The position numbers were made by a program, and so were the translations under genes. From Squalus acanthias (lineage: Eukaryota): 64,000 nt of DNA. The notes beneath the pieces are model-generated. The model saw only the letters and a program-made list of their open reading frames with translations, was not told the origin of the DNA and did not search any database. Position 1 is the first letter of the stretch. The number at the start of each line of letters is the position of its first letter. This document shows positions 1-11,932 of the stretch, one piece after another. The stretch is taken from contig CM059431.1 of the NCBI GenBank assembly GCA_030390025.1, positions 101,248,001 to 101,312,000 of the forward strand, in the 5' to 3' direction.

Positions 1-39
1 GAAGTTTTTTGCGTCTTCTTCTGTGAAGATAGACACAAA

Positions 40-874
40 GGGCTGGATTTTGCCAATGGGGAGCTTTTGGAGGTGGGACTCCCACTTATCGGGTTTCAGT
101 CCCGCCTCCATCAACTTCTGGCCAACCCACGCTATTTTCCCTTGATCGACCTTGTTAAGCCCGCCGAGCGGGCTTAGCAGACCAATTAAGGGAAAGCCGG
201 TTACAGAGAACGTTAGCGTATGACGTTTCATCTGTCAAAAATTTTTGACAGATGAATTGTCATCGTTTGACAGCTCTGTGAAGCTGTCAAACACTGACAT
301 TCTCTGTAGTTTGATGAGTTCTTGAATTCAAGACCTCATCAAACCTCTTTCTTTTGCAGAAATTAGATGGTTGTTGCACTGGAGAATGCAACGGCCATCT
401 GTCATCTCTGCCGCGGAGGTGCGAGACTCTCCGCATACCCAACTCTTGAAGCCTGCAGGAAGAAACAAAGGTAAGTAAACTTTTTCTAACACTTTCCACT
501 TACCTCACATACTCACCTCTCCACACTTGCACCCTTCACTTACCTTCACAGCGCACTTTTGCACCCTTCCGACCCCCGCAGACCCACTACTCCGCTCAGT
601 GACCCTGGCAGGGTTCGAAGCCTTCGGGAAGCCCGCACTTGTGTGGGCAAAATGGGGATAATCCTCTTATCTGCCTGCTAACTACCTGTTAACAGGCAGA
701 TAAGTGGCACTAATCCCCTTCCCGCCTCCAAGGAGATGGGACCCAGCGCGGGTTGGCTACCCGCCTCCTGGCAAGATGGCACGGAGGCGGGTTGGGGGAA
801 GGTTGGGCACCCGCCACCAAATTCTGCCATTTTTCCGGCACTCCCGCCTCCCCAGGGCTGGCAAGATCGCGCCC
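40..874. mobile_element. Non-autonomous PIF/Harbinger-like element
   Basis: Imperfect TIRs gggctggattttgcca / tggcaagatcgcgccc; 3-bp TSD AAA (37-39, 875-877); removing it restores the CR1 sequence gacacaaagtatttg. Confidence 0.8.
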
Positions 875-1410
875 AAAGTATTTGTTTAATTTCTCTGCCA
901 TTTCCTTATTCCCCATTATAATTTCTCCTGTCTCAGCCTGTAAGGGACCCACATTTACTTTCGCTAATCTTTTCCTTTTTACATACCTATAGAAGCTTTT
1001 ACAGTCTGTTTTTATGTCTCTTGCTAGTTTACTCTCATATTTGATTTTCCCTTTCTTTATCAATTTCTTGGTCCTCCTTTGCTGAATTCTGAAATCCTCC
1101 CAATCCTCAGGCTTACTACTCTTTTTGGCAACATTATAATCCTCTTCCTTTGATCTAATACTATCTTTAACTTCTCGTTAGCCACGCTTGGACCACTTTT
1201 CCTGTGGGGATTTTGTGCCTTAAAGGAATGTATATTTGTTGTAAATTATGTATTAATTCTTTAAATGCTAGCCATTGCTTCTCTACCGTCATACCTTTTA
1301 ATGTAGTTTCCCAATCTACCTTCGCCAACTCGCCCCTCATACCTACGTAGTTTGCTTTGTTTAGATTTAAGATCCTAGTTTCGGATTTAACTTAATCACT
1401 TTCAAACAGT

Positions 1411-2179
1411 GGGCCAGAAATTCGGGTCTCCACGGGTGAGTACACGCTGTGTACTCACCCGTAGGCCCAACGAAAGTGCCGGTTTCGCGCATGCACTGCG
1501 CATGCGCGGGAAACCGGAACTTCCGTTCCCTTGAAGGAAGGGGTTCACAGGTCAAACGCGTGCGCCGGAGAGGCAGCGCATACGCCTGGAACTTCGGCTT
1601 TTTTTTTTTTTACAGGTTTCTCCGTGCGGGTAAGTCCCTGGCAGCTGCGCGGGGAAAAAGCAGGCGCAAGGCCTGCTTTTAACAAGGTAAGTGGTGAATT
1701 AAGTAAAATTAAAACATTTTTTCCACAGGTTTATTATTTTTAAATACTTTAAAGAACGGTAAGTTTATTTTTAGCCCTGTTAAAAACTGTAATTAATTTT
1801 TTCAAAAATTTAATTATTGTTTAAAATAGTTATTTTATGTAATTTATAGTTATTTAAAAAATGTGATTTCAAAAAAAAATTTATTTGAAGTTTTAGTGAG
1901 GTTTTGGGGCCGATCTCTATTCATAGATTTGACAGGTCTTCCTGTCAAATCTATGAATGGAGATTTCCTGCTCCGATTGGCTCTCCATGGCCCACGTGAT
2001 CCCAGGGGACGCTTCGAACTAACTGCGCCACTGGGATCCGCGAGCACTGCACACCGGCAGCTGGAGGAGGCCCAGGATCCGAATCCCACGCGGGCCCACA
2101 GCACAACGGCAGGCGTGCTAGGTAAGTGCAGGTCGGGGGCTTGCACCCGCGGGAAGCCTCCGACCCGAATTTCTGGCCC
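1411..2179. mobile_element. Harbinger-like MITE
   Basis: Perfect 18-bp TIR gggccagaaattcgggtc / gacccgaatttctggccc; flanks agt/aat; inserted in CR1. Confidence 0.85.
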
Positions 2180-2412
2180 AATATAAATTTCTATCATCCT
2201 ATGGTCACTCTTCCCTAAAGGCCCCTTTACTACAAGGTTATTAATTAACCCTTTCCCATTGCACAATACTACATCTAAAATAGCCTGTTCCCTAGTTGGT
2301 TCATCAACATACTGATCTAGAAAACTATCTTGCATACATTCCATGAATTTGTCCTCCACACTATTACTGCAAATTTGGTTTGCCCAGTCTATATGTAGAT
2401 TAAAGTCCCCCA

Positions 2413-2679
2413 TGAGCGTCCCAAATCCGGAGTTCTGGAATCCGGGACGATTGGTGGCACCCCGAGGGAGGCTTACCAAAAACCGGAAATAGCGCAACCT
2501 GGGCCCAGGCATTTCCGGACTTGGCACGTGTTTCTGATGTCCGAAGTCTGGAAATATCGCAACCTGGGCTCGGGCGTTTCCGGACTTCGGACATCAGAAA
2601 CACGTTCTGAAGTCCGGAAAAACCCGAAAAGCGGCTCAGCCTCGGTCCCAAGGTTGCCGGATTCGGGACGCTCAACCTG
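2413..2679. mobile_element. Tc1/pogo (Tigger)-like MITE, left tip deleted
   Basis: Right end ccggattcgggacgctcaacctg followed by TA; left end tgagcgtcccaaatccgg is its truncated inverse; internal repeats. Confidence 0.7.
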
Positions 2680-4467
2680 TATTACCCTCGTTACATGCGC
2701 CTCTAATTTCCTGATTTATACTCTGCCCTACATTACAACTACTGTTTGGGGGCCTATAAACAACTCCCACCAATGTTTTCCGCCCCTTGCTGTTTCTCAG
2801 CTCCACCCAAACTGATTCTACTTCTTGATTTTCGGAGCTCAAATCCCTTCTCTCTACTGTTTTTATCCCATCCCTTATTATCAGGGCTACGCCACCTCCT
2901 TTTCCATTTTGCCCATCTCTTCTAAAAGTTAAGTATCCTGGAATATTTAGTTCCCAACCTTGGCCACTTTGCAACCACGTCTCTGTTATGGCTATTAAAT
3001 CAAACCTGTTCATTTCTATCTGCGCTATTAATTTATCTATCTTATTGCAAATGCTTTGCGCATTCAGATATAGTGCCTTTAGCTTTGACTTATTTTTATT
3101 TTTCCCTGATGTCAACTTAGTCACTGATGCCTTATTACCTTTGTTACTCTCTCTGCCCCTTCCTGACCCACTCTGCTTATTTTTACCCAAAACTCTACTC
3201 TGCTCTAAAGCCTTGATATTTCTCTCGCTGCTTTTAAATTTACTCTTTCCTGAATCCTTCCACCTCCCCCGATCATTAGTTTAAAGCCCTGTCTACTGCC
3301 CTAGTTATTCAGTTCGCCAGGACACTGGTCCCAGCCCGATTTAAGTGGAGCCCGTCCCAACGGAACAGCTCCCTCTTTCCCCAGTACTGGTGCCAGTGCC
3401 CCATGAACTGAAACCCCTTCCTCCCACACCACTCTTTGAGCCACGCATTTAAACCACTAATCTGTTTGTCCGCATGCCAAATTTGCACGTGGCTCAGGTA
3501 ACAATCCAGAGATTATTACCTCTGAGGTTCTGCTTTTTAATTTGGATCCTAGCTCCTCAAACTCCCTCAGCAGAACCACATTCCTAGTTCTACCTATGTT
3601 GTTGGTTCCTACATGGACCACGACAACTGGATCCTCCCCCTCCCACTCCAAGTTCTTCTCCAGCTGTGAGGAGATGTCTTCAACCCTGGCACCAGGCAGG
3701 CAACACAACCTTCGGAACTCTCGGTCGCGGCTGCAGAGAACAGTATCTATCTCCCTGACTATACTGTCCCCTACCACAACTACATTCCCTTTCACTACCC
3801 CCACTTGAATGGCCTCCTGCACCATGGTGCCATGGTCAGCTTGCTCATCCATCTTGCAGGCTTTCCCTCATCCACACAGGCAGCAAGAACCTCATACCTG
3901 TTGGACAAGAGCAAAGGCTGAGGCTCCTCCAGCACAGCACCTGGGGTCCCCTTACCTGCCTGAGTTGCAGTCACACCCTCCTGTCCCTGACCACTAACCA
4001 GGCCTGTATCACTACCTAACCTAAGGGGTGTGACTGCCTTCTGGATCAAAGTGTCCAGATAACTCTCCCCATCCCTGATGCCCCGCAATGTCTGCACCTC
4101 AGACTCCAGCTCAAAAACTCTGAGCTAAAGTTCCTCAAGATGCAGGCACTTACTGCAAACGTGGTTGTCCGGGATCACAATGCTCTCCACAAACTCCCAC
4201 ATAGAGTCATAAAGGCACAGAAGGAGGCCATTCGGCCCATCGAGTCCGTGCCGGCTCACTGCAGAGCAATCCAGTCAGTTCCACTCCCCCGCTCTATCCC
4301 CGTAGCCCTGCAAGTTTATTTCCCTCAAGTGCCTATCCAGTCTCCCCTTGAAAACATTGAGTGTCTCCGCTTCCACCACTTTCATCGGCAGCGAGTTCCA
4401 GGTCCTCACCACTCGCTGCGTAAAAAGTTTTTCTCACATCCCCACTGTATCTCTTGCCCAAAACCTT

Positions 4468-6150
4468 AAACATAGAAACATAGAAGATAGGAGCAGGAGT
4501 AGGCCATTCGGCCCCTCTAGCCTGCTCCGCCATTCAATGCGATCATGGCTGATCATCCAAATTCAGTACTCTGTCCCTGCTTTCTCCCCATATCCTTTGA
4601 TCCCTTTAGCCTTAAGAAATATATCCAACTCCTTCTTGAATATATTTAATGAATTGGCCTCTACTGCCTTCTGTGGTAGAGAATTCCACAGGTTCACCAC
4701 TCTCTGGGTGAAGAAATTCCTCCTCATTTCTGTCCTAAATGGCTTACCCCTTATCCTTAGACTGTGACCCCTGGTTCTGGACTCCCTGACCATCGGGAAC
4801 ATCCTTCCTGCATCTAGTCTGTCCAGTCCTTTCAGAATTTTTAAAGTTTCAATGAGATCCCCTCTCATTCTTCTAAACTCCAGCGAGTATAAGCCCAATC
4901 GACCCAATCTCTCCTCATACGTCATTCCTGCCATCCCAGGTATCAGCCTGGTGAATCTTCGCTGAACTCCTTCCATGGCAAGAACCTCCTTCCTCAGATA
5001 AGGCGACCAAAACTGCACACAATACTCAAGATGTGGTCTCACCAAGGCCCTGTACAACTGCAGCAAGACATCCTTGTTCCTGTACTCAAACCCTCTCGCT
5101 ACGAAGGCCAACATACCATTTGCCTTCTTAACCGCCTGCTGCACCTGCATGCTTACCTTCAGCGACTGGTGCACAAGGATACCCAGGTCTCATTGCACTT
5201 CCCCTTCTCCCAATCTATTGCCATTCAGATAATAATCTGCCTTCCTGTTTTTGACACCAAAGTGGATAACCTCGCATTTATCCACGTTATATTGCATCTG
5301 CCATGCTTCTGCCCAATCACCCAACTTGTCCAAATCATCCTGGAGTTTCTCGGCATCCTCCTCACAGCACACACGCCCACCCAGCTTTGTGTCGTCTGCA
5401 AACTTGGAGATATTACATCTAGTTCCCTTGTCTATATCATTAATATATACAGGAAACTTTTGTTTATCCGGCACCCAAATATCCGGAATTCTCGCTTAAC
5501 CGGCAAAAATCATCCTCCGAAAACTCCTCTCAAATAACCGGCAATGTTGCCGAGTCGCAGTCGAGTCTCCGCGAACGCCGAGTACTCCGAAAACTCCTCT
5601 CAAATAACCGGCAATGTTGCCGATCCCGAGTCCGAGAACGCCGATTTAGTCAGTAGGGGTAGTTTTCAAAAGTACCCAAATACTGTATACTGCACATTTC
5701 TTGATTTATTTATTTTTCTTTGTTAAAAATAGCCTCGGTAGATATAACTCTTCGTTATCCGGTACTTTCGATAAACCGGCACCACGCCGGTCCCGTCGGT
5801 GCCGGTTAATAAAGAGTTTCCTGTATTGTGAATAGCTGGGGTCCAAGGACCGATCCCTGCGGTACCCCACTAGTCACTGCCTGCCACTCGGAAAAAGACC
5901 CGTTTATTCCAACTCTTTGCTTCCTGTCTGCCAACCAGTTCTCTATCCAAGTCAATACCTTGCCCCCAATCCCATGTGCCTTAACTTTACATGCTAATCT
6001 CTTATGCGGGACCTTATCGAAAGCCTTTTGAAAGTCCAAATACACCACATCCACTGGTTCTCCCTTATCTATTTTACCAGTTACATCCTCAAAAAATTCC
6101 AGTAGATTAGTCAAGCATGATTTACCTTTTGTAAATCCATGTTGACTTAA
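4468..6150 (-). mobile_element. 5'-truncated young CR1 LINE (RT C-terminus and 3' UTR)
   Basis: ORFs 5806-6180, 5190-5474 (KFADDTK) and 4563-5174; (aaacatag)n tail at 4468. Confidence 0.92.
5450..5823. mobile_element. pogo/Tigger-like MITE
   Basis: TA-caggaaact...agtttcctg-TA with ~25-bp TIRs; internal ~38-bp direct repeat (about 5516 and 5586). Confidence 0.85.
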
Positions 6151-6840
6151 ATCTGTGTCCCCTAGTCCTTGGACCATCAACTAGTGGGAACAGCCTTTCT
6201 CTGTCTAGCCTATCCAAACCTGTCATAATCTTGTACACCTCTATCAAATCACCCCTCAACCTCCTTTGCTCTAATGAAAATAAATCCAGCTTCTCCAACC
6301 TGTCCTTGTAGCTAAGATCTCCCATCCCGGAACCATTCTGATAAATCTCCTCTGCACCCTCTCAAGTGCCTTCACATCCTTACTAAAGTGTGGTGACCAG
6401 AACTGGACGCAATACTCCAGTTGTGGCCTAACCAGCGCTTTATAAAGTTTAAGCATAACTCTTCTGCTTTTGTACTCAATACCTCTATTTATGAAGCCCA
6501 AGATCCCATATGCTTTGTTAACCACTCTCTCAATATGTCCTGCCACCTTCAGGGACCTATGCACATTAACTCCCAGGTCCCTCTGTCCCTGCACACTCTT
6601 TAAAACTGTGCCATTAAGTGTATATTGCCTCTCCCTGTTCCTTCTGCCAAAATGCATCACCTCACACCTCTCCGTATTAAATTCCATCAGCCACTTGTCT
6701 GCCCATTCTGCTAGCCTATCTATGTCCTGTTGCAGTCGATTGGTATCATCTTCACTGTTTGCCACCCCCCCAAGTTTGGTGTCATCGGCAAACTTAGAAA
6801 TTCTACTCTGTATTCCAATATCCAAGTCATTTATATATAT
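6150..6840 (-). mobile_element. CR1 RT fragment, different subfamily
   Basis: ORF 6271-6825 has KFADDTKL and LEYCVQFWSP. Confidence 0.88.
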
Positions 6841-7024
6841 TTATCAAAAAAATATGATAATATGCTAACAATTGATGTCTGTGATATACAATATACTAAC
6901 AACCTCATTGTAAAATTATAAACAATTGTGTTAGAGGAAATCAACTTGAAGAAACATTGTCTATCAGGCACTTGACATCCTACCGGCCTGAACATCGAGT
7001 TTAACAACTTTAGATCATAATCAC

Positions 7025-9196
7025 GGCCCCTCGAGCCTGCTCCGCCATTCAATAAGATCATGGCCGATCATCGACCTCAACTCCACTATCCCGCCCGATT
7101 TCCATATCCTTTGATTCCCCTGGAGTCCAAAAATCTATCGATCTCAGTCTTGAATATACTCAAAGATTCAGCATTCACAGCCCTCTGGGTCAGAGAATTC
7201 CAAAGATTCACAACCCTCTGAGTGAAGAAATTCCTCCTCATCTCAGTCTTAAATGGCCGACCCCTTATCCTATGACTAGTTCTAGTCCCTAGTTCGAGAC
7301 ACTCCAGCCAGGGGAAACAACCTCTCAGCATCTACCCTGTCAATCCCCTTCAGAATCTTGTATGTTTCAATGAGATCACCTCTCATTCTTCTAAACTCCA
7401 GAGATTATAGGCCCATTCTACACAATCTCTCATCATAGGACAGCCCTCTCATCCCAGGAATCAATCTAGTGAACCTTCGTTGCACCGCCTCCAAGGCAAG
7501 TCTATCCTTCCTTAGATAAGGAGACCAAAACTGTGCACAGTACTCCAGGTGTGATCTCACCAAGGCCCTGTACAATTGTAGCAAGACTTCCTTACTCTTA
7601 TACTCCAACCCCCTTGCAATAAAGGCCAACATGCCATTTGCCTTCCTTATTGCTTGCTGTACCTGCATGCTAGCTTTCTGTGTTTCTTGCACGAGGACAC
7701 CCAAATCTCTCTGAACACCAACATTTGAAAGTTTCTCACCGTTATAAAAAATACTCTGTTTTTCTATTCTTCCTACTAAAGTGAATAGCCTCACATTTCC
7801 CTACATTATACTCCATCTGCCACCTTACTGCCCACTCACTCAGTCTATCTATATCCCTTTGCAGACTCTTTGTGTCCTCCTCACAGCTTGCTGTCCCACT
7901 TAGCTTTGTATCATCAGCAAATTTGGATACATTACACTCGGTCCCTTCATCTAGGTCATTAATATAGATTGTAAATAACTGAGGCCCCAACACTGATCCT
8001 TGCGGCACCCCACTAGTTACAGCCTGCCAACCTGAAAAAGATCCGTTTATCCCTACTCTCTGTTTTCTGTCCGCTAACCAATCTTCTATCTATGCTACTA
8101 GATTACCCCCAACCCCATGAGCCCTTATCTTGTATAATAACCTTTTATGTGGCACCTTATCGAATGCCTTTTGGAAATCCAAATATACTACATCCACTGG
8201 TTCCCCTTTATCTACCCTGCTAGTTACATCCTCAAAAAACTCTAATAAATTTGTCAAACACGATTTCCCTTTCATAAAACCATGTTGACTCTGCCTAATC
8301 ATGTTGTGATTTTCTAAGTGCCCTGATACCACTTCCTTAACAATGGATTCCAGCATTTTCCCAACGATTGATGTCAGGCTAGCTGGCTTTTAGTTCCCTG
8401 TTTTTTTTCTCTCCCTCCTTTCTTGAATAGCGGTGTTACATTTGCGACTTTCCAATCCGCTGGGACCGTTCTAGAATCTCGGGAATTTTGGAAGATCAAA
8501 ATCAATGCATCCACTATCTCTGCAGCCACCTCTTTTAGAACCCTAGGATGCAGGCCATCAGGTCCAGGGGATTTGTCGGCTTTTAGTCCCATTAGTTTCT
8601 CTCGTACTTTTTCTCTACTTATATTAATTATGTTAAGTTCCTCACCCTCATTAGACCCTTGGTTCCCCACCATTTTTGGTATGCTTTTTGTGTCTTCTAC
8701 TGTGAAGACAGATACAAAATATTTGTTTAACGTTTCTGCTATTTCCTTATTCCCCATAATAATTTCTCCTGTCTCAGCCTCTAAGGGACCAACATTTACT
8801 TTTGCTACTCTCTTCCTTTTTACATACTTGTAGAAGCTCTTACAATCTGCTTTTATATTTCTTGCTAGTTTTCTCTCATATTCTACTTTTTCCCTTTTTA
8901 CAAATTTTTTGGTCAACCTCTGCTGGTTTCTGAAACTCTCCCAATCCTCAGGCTTACTATTATTCTTTGCAACATTATAAGCTTCTTCTTTCAATCTAAT
9001 GCTATCCTTAACTTCTTTAGTTAGCCACGGTTGGATCACGTTTCCCGTGGAGTTTTTGTTTCTCAATGGAATGTATTTTTGTTGAGAATTATGAAATATT
9101 TCTTTAAATGCTAGCCACTGCTTATCTACCGCCATACCTTTTAATCTATTTTTCCAATCTACCTTAGCCAACTTGCCCCTCATACCTATGTAATTG
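7025..9196 (-). mobile_element. CR1 LINE ORF2 fragment with 3' UTR, frameshifted
   Basis: ORFs 8374-9183 (KSPGPDGLHP), 8090-8356 (YLDFQKAFDKV), 7742-8008 (PQGSVLGP, FADD) and 7405-7794. Confidence 0.92.
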
Positions 9197-9755
9197 GCAG
9201 CATCTGTGGAGCGAGAGAAACAGAGTTAACGTTTCAGGTCAATGAACAGCAAGTGCTGGTAAAGGAGGATGGCTGCACCAGAGCTACTGGGAGTGGAGGA
9301 GGTGTGGGCTGGTGTTTGGGGTGGGGTTCCCTATCGGTACGTGGTGGTCCGCACCCCTGGGGGGGTCTCCCCCACCCCCCTCCCGTTTTCTCCGCCACAT
9401 TCCCAGACCACGGGAACCTACTCCTCTTTGCCAGATTCTCTGTGCTTCCCTCCCCCTCTGCCATTCTGTTGTCATCTCCTCTAGGTATATCTTTTGTTTC
9501 TTTACTTGTCCCATTACCACCCCCTTTTGCCTTGCACCATCATCCCTTTTGTCATTGAATCAGTCCTCCACCCTATCACAGACCTTTCCTTTTGTTCTTC
9601 CCTGCCTCTGTACTTGCATAAAACCTGTTACATCTCTAACATCTTCCAGTTCTGATGAAAGGTCATTGACCTGAAATGTTAACTCTGTTTCTCTTGCTCC
9701 ACAGATGCTGCCTGACCTGCTGAGTGCTTCCAGCATCCGCAGTATTTTGCTTTTG
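9197..9755. mobile_element. Penelope-like terminal (pLTR) fragments: short inverted piece plus forward 3' end
   Basis: 9197-9245 is the inverse of ~9665-9712; same sequence as the ends of the RT/GIY-YIG elements at 15.5 kb and 50.9 kb. Confidence 0.75.
9648..9684 (+). ncRNA. Minimal hammerhead ribozyme-like motif (family A)
   Basis: agtt-CTGATGA-a-aggtc(att)gacct-GAAA-tg-tt-aact; stem I agtt/aact; other copies have the palindrome AACGTT. Confidence 0.6.
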
Positions 9756-9913
9756 TTGAAGAAACATTGCATGTGTTGAGCACCATTGGTTTGTGGGGAA
9801 GGTGTAAATCAGAAACAAAATACCCAGTGTCGTATAGCTTGTGCCGCAACATTATCAGATTTAGTCGTGTCAGTTTAAAAGAAGACATGACCTCGTGCCA
9901 CGGAAATGCTTAC

Positions 9914-10036
9914 CTGCTCTTCAGAAACTGGGGCACCCGTTGAAGGTCTATTCGGCCCACTCTCTTGCTGCTGATTGTTGCCATTATATCTGTTGCGTAG
10001 CGGAGGGAAGAGCCGATTCCAGTTAATCAGACCACC
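9914..10036 (-). CDS. UBAC2: UBAC2 internal coding exon (GGLINWNRLFPPLR...PVSEEQ), just before the UBA domain
   Basis: Acceptor tttccag, donor gtaagc, 123 bp, phase 0; matches recalled vertebrate UBAC2 GGMINWNRLFPPLR...VSEEQ. Confidence 0.93.
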
Positions 10037-10314
10037 CTGGAAATTGCAAAGAGATTCGATTGATTTCACTTAGTGCAATGAATCCCGCTGCTCAAAGTTT
10101 CACAAGTTACCGTTTTGCAAGGTAGATGTGCGTTGAACCCAATGTGTCGTACGTTGCTACGGGGTAGTTTCCACTTTGGGCACAATCGGGAAATTGCGCC
10201 GATGAGGTTACACTTCAAGATTCCACTAAAATGCATTTGCACAATCACAATCGTAAAATCTCCCATGAACCAGCGCAATCGGGCAGCGTAACAGAACGTA
10301 ATCGTTCCTTTTTC

Positions 10315-10530
10315 CTGGCCAATATTTATCCCTCAATCAACATCACTAAAACAGATTATCTGGTCATTTATCACATTGCTGTTTGTGGGAGCTTGCTGTG
10401 CGCAAATTGGCTGCCGCGTTTCCCACATTACAACAGTGACTACATTTCAAAAGTACTTCATTGGCTGTAAAGCGCTTTGAGACGTCCGGTGGTCGTGAAA
10501 AGCGCTGTATAAATGCAAGTCTTTCTTTCT
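10315..10530 (+). mobile_element. Deu-domain SINE 3' fragment
   Basis: Matches the 3' half of the full SINE at 50103-50570. Confidence 0.8.
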
Positions 10531-11364
10531 TTCCATTATAAAGTATTCCTTGATGTATTGAAGAGCGGTAACGTGACGCAGTTTGATTAATTCGGCTGAA
10601 AATAGGTTTAGCACCAAAAAAATAAACATTTCTAATCAGGGTGTCCAGTCTTCCACCTGTGCGTGACCTGATTTAAAATCACTGAAAATCACTTAAAAAA
10701 AAAAAATACTGAACCATTTACTAGTTTCATTGGTGGACACTAGTCAGTTTCTTAGTAAATAAAATATTGTTTTGATAGGTAAAAGCTTTCAAAACGAGCC
10801 GACTAGTGTCTGTGCGCCTAAGACAATGAGCGCAATTTGAAGAGCTTTCCCGAACCGGCACAATCGGCAGAATCTCGCAATGTCGACCCGGGGGTGGCGG
10901 GGCCAGTTTTGTGGGCGGGGCCTGATTCGGCGCAAATTGAATCTTCAACCAGCGTAAAGATCGCGGAAAACACGAGCGCGAGTGGTTTTGGGCGTAACTC
11001 ACGTACGTTTAACATTCCCCGATCTTTTGCGCTGGTTCGGCCGGTTCCACCTAATATTTTTAGATTTTGCCATTGCCATATAGTTCTTTGCACAGCGGGA
11101 GATTGGGGTTAATTAAGACAGAGGCCAGAAACGTACAAACAACCCATCACATTTTTTTTTTGTTGCACTGTCACTGGTCCCTATTGGCGTCCATCAGAAA
11201 GATAGTTCATGTTTGGTGCTGCCTCCAAGTGTGGGATACGTGAAAATTGAGATCCTGGGTGGTGTCGGAGGCATGAATTTCACTGCTCAGATAATATCTG
11301 GTGCAGTGAGCAAGAGTCCTGTACATGTATTGCAAACGGCGCATTGTCATTATCTGTGTCATCC

Positions 11365-11660
11365 ATGGCTCAGCGAGCGCTGCAGTATTGAAGGGGCTGT
11401 CTTTCGGATGAGACGTTAAACTGAGGCTCCGTCTGCCCTGTCAGGTGGATGCAAAAGATCCCATGACGCTATTTGGAACAAGTGCAGGGCTTTCTCCCCC
11501 GTGTGTCCCGGGCCAATATTTAGCCCTAAACCAACAGATTATCTGGTCATTATCTCATTGCTGTTTCTGGGAGCTTGCTGTGCTGCGTTTCCTACATTAC
11601 AACAGTGACTACACTTCAAAAGTGGCTGTAAAGTGCTTTTGGACATCCTGAGATCGTGAA
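11365..11660 (+). mobile_element. Deu-domain SINE, degraded
   Basis: ctttcggatgagacgttaaac...aaagatcccatg core. Confidence 0.78.
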
Positions 11661-11849
11661 ACATCACAAGTTTAAGTATTATTGATTGCAGCAACAGACT
11701 GATTGTAGTAAAAGTTGAGTAACACAATCTCAATCACAATCATTTAAGAGGGTTACAAAAGCTGTTGACTGGAAAAAGCAAGTAAATGAAGGTTGTCCTC
11801 TGCTGCTGCACCTTTACCATACTGCCAAACAGAAAATCGAATTTGAGCA

Positions 11850-11932
11850 TCAGGAAGTGAAACAACTTCTAAGCTCCGGTTACAGGAAACGGCGCGGGAG
11901 GAAACGAAACAACAGTTAACCTAACCGGAAGT
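11850..11932 (+). promoter_or_regulatory. Candidate ETS/IRF enhancer motif cluster
   Basis: GGAAGTGAAA (11853), CAGGAAAC (11883), GGAAACGAAA (11900) and CCGGAAGT (11925) in TE-poor sequence. Confidence 0.35.

Larger units (their letters stand above)
1..4200 (-). mobile_element. CR1-clade LINE, 5' part (ORF1 SGNH-esterase, ORF2 endonuclease and linker), degraded and interrupted by three MITEs
   Basis: ORF 3457-3852 has VVVVGDSIVR and VVVHVGTN; ORF 2672-3190 has LYLNAQSI, IAITETWL and VGVVYRPP; ORF 710-1063 has KSFYRYVKRKR; runs off the left edge. Confidence 0.9.

Noticed and set aside
1850..2527. 225-aa ORF as a host gene
   Set aside because: Chance read-through of MITE, CR1 endonuclease and MITE sequence
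10830..11050. CpG-rich segment with a weak inverted repeat (ccgaaccggcacaa / ttgcgctggttcgg)
   Set aside because: Probably an old MITE, but no clear termini or TSD could be defined
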